Source of the DNA: Podarcis cretensis
Taxonomy: Eukaryota
Length of the DNA stretch: 64,000 nt
Direction: 5' to 3'
Assembly: GCA_951804945.1 (NCBI GenBank)
Contig: OX638156.1
Coordinates: forward strand, 35,464,001-35,528,000
The position numbers and the translations under genes are program-made. Each line of letters starts with the position of its first letter. Position 1 is the stretch's first letter. The notes beneath the pieces are model-generated. The model ran no database searches and was not told where the DNA came from. It worked only from the letters and a program-made list of their open reading frames with translations. Of this stretch, positions 11,210-20,907 are shown piece after piece.

Positions 11210-12859
11210 AAAAGAAAAAAATATCTATGGAAAATTGCGTTTTAAAATTTCCTGCTCTCTGTCGCCATCTGGTGCACATTCAAATAGCTATTTCTTTAGC
11301 TGAGAAACAGCTGAGTCCCTAGGGATGGGACTTGTTAGGAACTGAAATAACTTCAAAATAGCCACTCGCCTCCCTGGATAGTCCCCAGTGCCACAAGACT
11401 CTTTTGCCTTTATTTGTCCCATCAGAGGCTTGTAAATTGCCAGCCAGTCAAGATTTCTCACTATGTGCCTTCTCTGAAATTCTGAAGAAGTCTAAACAGA
11501 CAAATCAAGTGTAAATTGTCACCCTGTGCCTGCCTTGCAATCCGCTCCTGTTTCTCTGTGTTATTAGTATTTTTTACTAGAGTGCCTGTTTAACTACCCC
11601 CTGTTAAAATGACAGAATTGTTAAAACAATAAATGGCCTGAAGCATTATTTGAGCATAAACCAGCAGAATGGCAGTAAGCCCCAATCCTCTTAAAATCTA
11701 CTACCAGGAATCGAGGGGCAGGGCAGGCGTGGAGAGACAAAAAGAAAACTTTCCTGTAAGCAAAACTGCTCCCTCTGTGATAGAATCATAGAACTGTAGG
11801 TGTTGATGTGTGACCAGTTTATGAGGAAACAAGGATCCACACCGTACATTCACAGCACATCTAACACACATTTAAAACACAGAACATCCCACAAAGAACC
11901 ATGGGAATTTGATAAGGAGGGAATCACAGGTCTGCAAGGGGGAACCACACTTCCCAGGTTTGAGGAAAGCGATGTGCTTTAAATGTGTGTTGAATCTAAG
12001 GTCTGCTTTTGGAATTAAGGTTAACCTGCAATACTGGGCTTTTCTTTTTAGACTTCTTAAGAGATGTCATAAGGAAAGACTACAGATGGAAGAGTTAGAG
12101 GGGCAACTCCCCACCATCCCATAATGGTTCCTGCTCTGTCAAAATAAATAAAAGTGTGCTAGTTTATAGTCTCCATAAATATTCAAGCCCCTTCTGCTAT
12201 AATTCTGCAAGTTTGCCAGCGGGTTGTTGCCAGTGTGAGTCATTTGTAAAAACAGAAGGCTTGGACGTGCGTTGAACTCATATCCTCACATTTTTACGCC
12301 CTATAAACCCAGATGTGTGGTGTAGGTGAGGAAGCCTGTACTTTCTGCACATGCCCAGAGACTCCTGTTCTTTATTGTTTCTCTTCTTCCATCTATATCG
12401 ACTGCTCTGTATATTTAGGTGTATTTGCACATATTGACATATAATTCCCCGAGCCAATGCAGAGTAGTGTCTAAGGCTGTTTCCCATACAGTCACTGTTT
12501 ACTGGTGGGATTCAGTCACATCAGGCTGCACAATTAAAACTGATCTGGAGCTCTTGTGAAACAATACCTCTCCTCCACCTGGAAAGATTGGACGGGATAA
12601 GGAACATGATAGGAAATGCACTGGAAAGAGGAGGATAACAAGGTGGATTATCATTCAATAGCTGCCGCCGCCTAATCTCTCTGCACACAAGCCAGGCTGA
12701 ATGCTCATTAAGCAGGTTGCATGGAACCGACTTAAGGGGGTGAGCGATAAGCCCCCAGTTTAAATACTGCCTTGGCCATGAACAAATTCGGTAGCCTCAG
12801 GCATCTCTCTCTCTCAACATCAGCCCACCTTCCATCTGCAGAATGGGCATAAATATAAG

Positions 12860-12987
12860 CAGTGCTTTTCTCCAGGGGATACTCAAAGGTACCGGCACTT
12901 TTCCCCATTGTTGTTAAAACGCGTGACACATACTGTAACAACTTCGTGGTGAGTACCAGCACCTATTTTTCTAGGGAAAAAGCACTG
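12860..12987. mobile_element. Short hAT-like MITE
   Basis: TIRs cagtgctttt / aaaagcactg; degenerate 8-bp TSD aatataag / aataccag. Confidence 0.65.
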
Positions 12988-13074
12988 AATACCAGGCTGT
13001 TTTACCTCCTTAGCCAAAAATAAATAAATGTTCCCTGAGCAAAACAGCTTACAAAGATCAATCATAAAAAGTCC

Positions 13075-13117
<43 letters not shown>

Positions 13118-13297
13118 TACATTTCTATCCCACCTTTCCTTCTAAGGAGCTCAAGGTGGTGGTGTCCATGGTTCTCCTTCTCCTCAATTAATTCCCACAA
13201 CAACTTTGTGAGGTAGGTTAGGCCAAGAGGTGGTGACCAGCCTAAGGTCCCTAGTGAGCTTCATGGCTGAGTGGGGATTTGAACCCTGGCCAATCTC
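13075..13297 (-). mobile_element. Older CORE-type SINE with (ATT)n tail
   Basis: (ATT)n run followed by cacaacaactttgtgaggtaggtt...ggatttgaaccc (reverse B box). Confidence 0.7.
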
Positions 13298-13413
13298 CAA
13301 GCAGCAAGAGACTCCAGGGGTGCCTGCACTTACCCAGGGTGCAATAAGGTCATTGGAGACTGCAGTGTCTTTAGGATATATGGTTTTATTTACATATATA
13401 TACAACCTGAGTA

Positions 13414-13655
13414 CAGTGGTACTTCAGGTTACATACGCTTCAGGTTACATATGCTTCAGGTTACAGACTCCGCTAACCCAGAAATATTACCTCAGGTTAA
13501 GAACTTTGCTTCAGGATGAGAACAGAAATCGTGCTCCGGCGGCGCGGGAGCAGCAGGAGGCCCCATTAGCTAAAGTGGTGCTTCAGGTTAAGAACAGTTT
13601 CAGGTTAAGTACAGACCTCCGGAACAAATTAAGTACTTAACCTGCGGTACCACTG
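13414..13655. mobile_element. Tc1/mariner (Tigger-like) MITE
   Basis: TIRs cagtggtac..ggtta / taacc..ggtaccactg; left TA intact; internal cttcaggtta repeats; same family as 42901-43125. Confidence 0.85.
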
Positions 13656-13656
13656 T

Positions 13657-13896
13657 CAAAACAAAATAAAAAAATTCCTTCCAGTAGCACCTTAAAGACC
13701 AACTAAGTTAGTTCTTGGTATGAGCTTTCGTGTGCATTCCTGTAAGACCTATTGCAGTCGTTAAGAGTCGTCAACAGGCTCATCACAGCTATCTGCCAAT
13801 CACCCAATCCCACCACCCTTCTGAGTAATACCCCTCCCCACCTTCTCACTATATAGAAGGGTCTGGTGACTTCTGTTTCAGTGTATCTGAAGAAGT
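13657..13896. mobile_element. Penelope-like element terminal fragments in inverted arrangement
   Basis: Minus-strand atgcacacGAAAgctcataccaagaactaacttagttggtctttaaggtgctactgg joined to plus-strand ...tcagtgtatCTGAAGAagtgt; matches recalled squamate Penelope pseudo-LTR ends. Confidence 0.7.
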
Positions 13897-14157
13897 GTAC
13901 AGCTTCTGGGTCATGTGGCCAGCATGACTAAGCTGCTTCTGGCGAACCAGAGCAGTGCACGGAAACGCCGTTTACCTTCCCGCTGGAGTGGTACCTATTT
14001 ATCTACTTGCACCTTGACGTGCTTTCAAACTGCTAGGTTGGCAGGAGCAGGGACCGAGCAACGGGAGCTCACCCCATCACAGGGATTCGAACCACCGACC
14101 TTCTGATCGGCAAGTCCTAGGCTCTGTGGTTTAACCCACAGCGCCACCTGCGTCCCT
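13897..14157 (-). mobile_element. Sauria SINE (3'-truncated)
   Basis: Minus strand starts GGGACGCAGGTGGCGCTGTGGGTTAAACCACAGAGCC; near-identical to copies at 16297 and 45714. Confidence 0.9.
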
Positions 14158-15245
14158 CTGTGGGTGATCTTGTGTATGAGAGACTAAAATCTCTAAGAGG
14201 AAACCTGTCAGACCAGTTTGTTTGTCAAGATGATGGCCTGGGCTGCTCAGCCAAGTGCCCATCATCTGTATCTCAACAATGAGCTCTGTTGCCATGGAGA
14301 CAAGTGGGGGGCTTTCCCCTCCCTCACTGGGCTGGATGTCACATCACCCTAGGATGAGAGGGGTAGGGTTGCATGTAACAATAAATTGGTCAGCTCGGTA
14401 AGATAGTCCAATGTGATTATTTTCATCCTCTCCCCAGTATTGCAGAGGTTGAGGACAAGAGAGAGGAAGAGGTGTTTGGACCCACAGTGCTCTCACTCCC
14501 AGTTGTAGTACAGCAACCCAGCTCCCTGCTCGCTTCACCTGTCCCTGGCATTTTGAAAGCAAGCTCTGAAGTGGCTCCTCTTCATGCCGCTTCTGCATTG
14601 CCTTCTCCTGCCAGCTGGGACTTGCCAAGCACAAGCTAATGCAAAAGGCAGCTCAGGCTTGTTTGCTTTCTGTGCTCAGCCCCCTAGCTCCATCGACAGC
14701 TGCTTTTGCCCCTTCTGCAGTATGAAACATTTATGAAAAGCAGAAACACTCTGCCAGGGAGCTTTGCAATTGCTTTCGCTGGAAGCACGGGGGAAGGAGG
14801 GCCGTTTCAGGTGAAGCAAGCAGGCCAGCAAATCAATGAGACAGCAAACGGGATAATTTACGTCCTTCTCTGGGGACGAATTTTGCCTCTCCCTTCCTAC
14901 TCTCCAGCTTCCTGGCCAAAGGACTTTCTGGTTTCTTGTAGACAAGATGTGCACAGAGGGGTACAAAACAAAGCTGTTGAACAGCCAGCCCTACAAAAGT
15001 AGCTTTGCAAGCTGACATATTCTGCAATAACTTATTAATTGCTTTATGTTGAGAGCTTAGGCAGAAGGAACAAATCTAAGGCTCCCCCTTCCATTCCTAT
15101 CAGCCTTCCATTGATTTGGTATTATAGGGGTTTCCAAATCAGATGGTCTGGCTTCCAGGCCAGCTCGCCATCACTTCAATCCAGAGCTGATAGGCATCTG
15201 CATAAATTTCATGGGCGGGAACATGCTTATTGGAGTGGAATACTT

Positions 15246-15397
15246 CCTTGGATAGCTCAGCTGGTAGAACACAAGACTCTTAATCTCAGGGTTGTGGGTT
15301 TGAGCCCCATGTTGGGCAAAAAGACTCCTGCATTGCAGGGGTTGGACCAGATGACCCTCGTGGTCCCTTCCAATGTTAGGATTCTCTGATTCTCTGA
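15246..15397 (+). mobile_element. Short SINE: tRNA-Lys(CTT)-derived head plus CR1 3' tail
   Basis: gatagctcagctggtagaacacaagactCTTaatctcagggttgtgggtttgagccccatgttgggc followed by CR1-type ggggttggaccagatgaccctcgtggtcccttccaa..(attctctg)2. Confidence 0.8.
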
Positions 15398-16296
15398 ACA
15401 CAATACTCCACTTTTGCAGGGATGTTTTGAGCTGATCCTACACAGTCTTGGTGCAACCTGGTCTTGGACTACAGCTCCCATCTGTCCTAGCATCATGTGA
15501 TGCCTGTTGGGACTGATGGGAATTGTAGGCCAAAACCTCTGACCTGATGCAGCAGGGTGAGGAAGGCTGCTCTATCACCTGAACTGAGTTGCAGGGCTGA
15601 TGATTTGGCCATGTTAATCTCTCCAAAAAAGCCTTCCTCAAAGAGGAGAACCAGCACCAAGGCCTCGGTTACAAGCACAAGGCAGCATTTCCTCTTGAAT
15701 CTAATCTTTACCAAGAGCGTAGAAATGTGTCCTCTTTTCGGAGCGTGTTACGGGGACAGAGATGGGTCATTTGCACTGCTGCCCTTTCCTGCTACAGCCG
15801 TCACATCGTGTTTGCAACGCGCAAGCAGAAAGCCTGCCAATTCAAGCACACTAAAGCACAGAGGCAGTTGTGGGAAATGCTGCCATCCCCTCCGTTTGTC
15901 ACCGGTGCCCAGCCTGGATTCTGAGATGAAGGAATTTTCCACTGCCCTCCTCTTCCCCACCACCCTTGTGTGTGTGCCCTGCCAAACAAACACCTGCTTT
16001 TTGCTTGCTAGCAGACAGGGCTGCCTTCCAGCCCCTTCGCACAAGTGACGCTCCAAAACTACTTTGCTTAAAACAGAATTGTGTAATCTTTGAGGTCAGC
16101 CAGCCCACCCTTTGACTTGCCACCTGAAATAATTCCTCAGGAGGTTATAACGTATAACAGGTAGGCAGTGGACTACAACTCCCATCATTCCCAGAAAGCA
16201 TGGCCTATAATCAGGGGTGGCTAGGAGGGCAAACATATTGGCTACTACTAGTCTATCCCGATGGGCAACTCACTGGTGCAAGCTGAGCAACTATAG

Positions 16297-16641
16297 GTAA
16301 AGGTAAAGGGACCCCTGACCATTAGGTCCAGTCGTGGCCGACTCTGGGGTTGTGGCACTCATCTCGCTTTATTGGCCGAGGGAACCGGCGTACAGCTTCC
16401 GGGTCATGTGGCCAGCATGACTAAGCCGCTTCTGGCGAACCAGAGCAGCACACGGAAATGCCGTTTACCTTCCCGCCGGAGCGGTACCTATTTATTTACT
16501 TGCACTTTGACGTGCTTTCGAACTGCTAGGTTAGCAGGAGCAGGGACCGAGCAATGGGAGCTCATGCCGTTGCGGGGATTCGAACTGCCGACCTTCTGAT
16601 TGGCAAGTCCTAGGCTCTGTGGTTTAACCCACAGGCGCCAC
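16297..16641 (-). mobile_element. Near full-length Sauria SINE
   Basis: (ACCTTT)n tail on minus strand; perfect 14-bp TSD ctgagcaactatag at 16283-16296 and 16642-16655. Confidence 0.93.
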
Positions 16642-16837
16642 CTGAGCAACTATAGATATTAGTTATTTGGAGAGCCTTTGCTGTATTATCCTTGTGGCCA
16701 TGAAGCCTCTGGTGCTATTGGTTGAGCTGCTGTGAGGCCATGGAACGTTCATATTTGCTGTGTTTTGGTTGGTTTTAATCTGCCAATAATTAACTTTATC
16801 AGAAATGTTGACAGAACCCTAAAGACTCCACAAAACA

Positions 16838-17800
16838 TTTTTTTTTCCAAATAATATTTATTCAAATTAAAAAAAAAAAAATTACGAAAAGGAACACAGA
16901 ATACAGAAACACAACATATCCAAAAGAAAAGTAAAATAAAAAGATAAAAAGCAAAAAACAGCCAAAAAGAAAAAAAGAAGAAGAAAATACAATCAAAAAA
17001 ACCAACTTTAATATAGTTCCCTTTCTTAACTTATTTCCTTGACCTCCTCATACCCCCCCTCTTTGTATTCTACTTCAAATAGATATTTCAGCAAATCCTT
17101 CATCCTTGTTTTTATCCTTATAACTTATCTTAACATACTGTAATTTTCCATTCTGTCTTTTACCAATTAACCACTTTTACTTTATTTAATCTTATTTCTC
17201 ATTTAAAACTTATATATCTGAACTTATTCTCTTAAGACGTTTCCCCTGAGATCATAGAAATTCCATTCCACGATTTTCCCATCTCTCATTAAAAGAAAAA
17301 AAGAAAGAAAAAAGATATACACTTTAGATTCCCAATTTTTCTTTCACCAACTCCCCTCCCCGGTCTCGGCCCCTACCAACAGTTCCATCAATAAAAGTCC
17401 ATCAACCCAGAGATCTTAAGTCCGAGGCTCTTAGCTCTCTTTCATGTCCCCTCTGCCGATCTTTTTGATAGTCTTTGGTGTTAAAAGACAAATCTCGGGG
17501 GAGCTCCAACCCAACAGTAGTCATATTCCTTATTAGCAAGTTTGCCAGGCTTCCATAGTTGAAGGTAGGGCCCATAGAATATTCCGAATCTTGTTTCACA
17601 CTCCTGCCAAATCCAAAGGCCCCAAAGACTCCAATCTCCACCTGGCTCAGATTCACATCCCAAAAGTTACCCGATCCCCACATAGGGTGATCTCTCCATC
17701 CCTCATTTTCCACCCCAAGCCAGGCTCTCACCTCCAAAGACTGGCTTCTCCAAAACAGCCTGAGATAGAGGGAGTGAATAGTTTCCCTCATATTCACTCC
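16838..17800 (-). mobile_element. L1-related element: L1-type 3' UTR and poly(A) with non-ORF2 upstream segment
   Basis: Poly-T plus tttatt at left end; 17030-17105 similar to L1 3' UTR at 1750-1840; 5' boundary approximate. Confidence 0.6.
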
Positions 17801-18427
17801 CTCTAATGCGGCTGATATTTTATAACACTTCCGTCACCATCATGCCTGTCCCAGTTATTTTGTTTTCAGTTGGCGGGGAGGAATAATGTTTGTTTCTTCA
17901 GTTGTGATATAAAAATATGTACAAATGCCAATAATAGACCTTGACAGAATAACACCAAAGAGACAGCCAGAGAAGGTCTAAAGCAGCCTTCGCCAACCTT
18001 GTGCCCTCCCAATGTTTTGGACTACAGTCCCCTTCAGCCCTAGCATCATATGGCTGTGCTGCTGTGGCTGCTGGGAGTTGTAGTTCAAAACATCTGGTGG
18101 GCACCAGGTTGGGGGAGATAGGTCTACATTTTTAATGAGGAGACAACTAAGGAGTGACATGGAGCATTCTGCACAAATACAGTTCCATGTAGTTAAACTT
18201 CATGTCGGATTGGGGTGAGATGGGAGCTGGCAGGCGCTACCTTTTTATTTCCAGCTGCACTCCCTTGCAGACCTTGGCCTGGTTAAGGGAGCTGAGTCAG
18301 CCACAGCTCCTTGGTCAGGGCCCCAGGCGGTTCACGGTTTGCCGCAGGAACAAATGGTGTTCAGGCGATACTCCTGGTTGCCCTTCTGGAAGGCAGAGGG
18401 ACCTGTGATGCTTTTTCTCCCCCTCAG

Positions 18428-18561
18428 GGGTGATCGCCCTGTTCTGCAGGCAGTACGACATCATCAAAGACAACGAACCAAATAACAACAAGGAGAAAAC
18501 CAAGAGCACCTCAGAAAACAGCACCCCCGAACACCAGAGCGGGGGCCTCCTGCGTAGCAAG
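18428..18561 (+). CDS. FNDC5: FNDC5 coding exon (end of TM, cytoplasmic tail)
   Basis: (G)VIALFCRQYDIIKDNEPNNNKEKTKSTSENSTPEHQSGGLLRSK; acceptor ccctcag, donor AAG|gtgaga; 134 bp. Confidence 0.97.
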
Positions 18562-19053
18562 GTGAGAAGGGCCAGGAATTGGGGAGGGAGAGGCAAGGCA
18601 ACCAACCTCTCTAAAAGTAGCCTTTGCTTTGACTGGAGCTGAAAGTCCATGTTCTGCCTCTGAACACACAACCAGCCCAGTGACAGCCATGGGCACCATG
18701 GCAGCCTCAAAAAATACCCTGGTGGCTGCCAAGGTGCCATGCCCCTCCTGGTTTTTTTTATTTTAAATTGAGTTTAAAGTTTTACTTTTAAATTGAGATG
18801 TATGCGCCTTGGGTGTGTGTGTCTGCTTCCTACTTTTTTCTCTCTGTTTAATTTGCTTGGGGCGATAGTGGCACCATGTGAGATCTCAATATCTTGTGAG
18901 ATTTCAGTGAGATCTCTCAAGATCTTTCTGGAAATCGACACCAATGTTGGCAGAGGTGGTGGAGCGAGCAGTGTGCCCACAGGGGAGCTGCTTCAGGGGT
19001 TTCTGCCACCCGAGGTGGCTCCTTTACCCTGCCTCATGGGTGAGCTGGACCTA

Positions 19054-19222
19054 CCGTATTTTTCGCTCTATAACACGCACCCGACCATAACACGCACGTA
19101 GTTTTTAGAGGAGGAAAATCCGTAGGCATGCCGCCCGTAGGCATTCGCTCCATAACACGCACAGACATTTCCCCTTACTTTCTAGGAGGAAAAAAGTGAG
19201 TGTTATGGTGCAAAAAATACAG
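19054..19222. mobile_element. Tc2/pogo-like MITE
   Basis: TIRs ccgtattttt / aaaaaatacag flanked by TA; internal ataacacgcac repeats. Confidence 0.75.
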
Positions 19223-20435
19223 TAAGTCACAGCAAAACCTTACCAGGGAGTGATCCACCCATAACAACCAGGTGATAATCAACAGCCCCCCCCCAAAAAA
19301 AATCCTGTTGGATCCTTCTCCATCTCGCTAAAGTAAAAACCAGATTTAGAATATGACTTGCAATATGTCAAGTGCATGAGGGGTTGAGACAGCCCCCTGG
19401 TTGTCACAGCAGCCATCAAGTCCTGAGCTAGCCCAGACAAGGCAGTATTGACATGGATATTGAAGACCCCCAAAGCTAGTGTCCTGGGATTCTCCACACC
19501 ACACCAGAGACCACCTCTGGCAGCTCAGTCAGGGAGGCAGCTGGGTGGACACCAGCAAGACCACTGTCCTGTCCCTGCAGCCCAACACAATATACAAACC
19601 CTCACATCCAGCTCCTAGGTGGACTGGCCAATATGTGCCAAGTCAGTTATCTCAGTTCAGTGCTTCTGTAGGCACTGGCCAGAACCCTGGAGGGGTTAAC
19701 ATTTCCCTGAGCAATCAGTTCAAAGGCTTCTGGCACCGTTTCCATTTTATTTCTGGAAAGAACAGAGCTAGAGAGACACTCAGGTTTTCAAAAACAGAAA
19801 GCGAGACTCAAGGAAGGAGCTTGGAATATCCACCAGGTAGGGTGGGGGATGCTGTCAAAGGCCAACTAAGGGTTAGGGTTTGCCTCTAATGGACCAAACT
19901 TCATAAAATCTTCTTCACCTCTACTAATTGTGGTGATGCTTCCAGCTTCCCTGTGCCGTAGCCATTTGCCCTTGCCAGCCATGACCCTGCATCAACTTTT
20001 GACAAACCTCCTTCATGTTCTGCTAACTCTGCTGTTGAAGGAATTATTCATGCCACAGTGACAGCCTCTTCAGTAGCAGAAAAAGTCACTTAAGGACACA
20101 TAAGGGCCCCCCACCATGTTGGAAAACCTCAGTGTGTTAATCAAAGGGACAATGACAATTGCACAACTCCAGGTGTTTCCAAAGGAAGTCAGGAAGGGAG
20201 ATACTTTCTCACGGCAGCTCCAAGGGGGGTCACATGAATGCCCCATTGACACAACTGGTGAGCTTCACCCAGTCTTTCTGGTCTGGTGCTAAAATGCTGA
20301 ATCAAGAGTTTTTTTATTGATGGCATTTTGCTTTGGCTTGACTGTATGTTGTAAAGCTGCCCTGGGAAAGAAAAATCTTTAGAACAGAAGGGTATAAATC
20401 TATTAACAAATAACACTTATAAGCCTTTGGAAGAG

Positions 20436-20436
<1 letters not shown>

Positions 20437-20479
<43 letters not shown>

Positions 20480-20493
20480 CCCCCCCCCCCCCC
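20437..20493. repeat. (CT)n plus poly-C tract
   Basis: Direct simple repeat. Confidence 0.9.
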
Positions 20494-20865
20494 AAGAGAG
20501 AAATAGGGGAAATGCTCCTTCAAAGATGGTGCCTGCTGAGGTGCATGCAACATCCCAAAACAAAAGAAACACATTTTCTTCAGAATTATAGTTACTAACT
20601 ATAGTGGCATTCTCCAGTTAATTTTGGACCACAACTTCCATCAGAATTGCTGGAGGGCACCAGGCTGGCAAACACTGATTTATACAGATTTAGTGTGAAA
20701 GGTGGATTGTATTTCAGATGGAAGTGAAATACACACCATCTGTTTAATCCTAGCTTCACCTCCAGCCCTCAGACTACAGATTCTCCATTTTCCCCAGGGT
20801 GTATTGACTTCACATTCCTGGGTACCTTATAATTCTCTCTTTTTCTCTCTTTCTCTCTCCTCTAG

Positions 20866-20907
20866 TTTCCAAAAAACAAGCCCTCAGTGAATATCATTGA
20901 AGCATGA
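20866..20907 (+). CDS. FNDC5: FNDC5 last coding exon FPKNKPSVNIIEA*
   Basis: Long polypyrimidine tract then ctag acceptor; phase 0 matches previous donor; matches recalled non-mammalian FNDC5 C-terminus. Confidence 0.9.
   Translation, partial: FPKNKPSVNIIEA

Noticed and set aside
13230-13640. 136-aa ORF and similar ORF at 42895-43110
   Set aside because: Shared peptide arises from two copies of one non-coding MITE
13915-14106. Recurrent MTKPLLANQSS ORFs (also 16372-16599, 45764-45991)
   Set aside because: Antisense translations of Sauria SINE copies, not a gene family
15246-15318. Functional tRNA-Lys(CTT) gene
   Set aside because: Acceptor stem broken, T-loop GTTTGA, CpG decay, fused to CR1 tail
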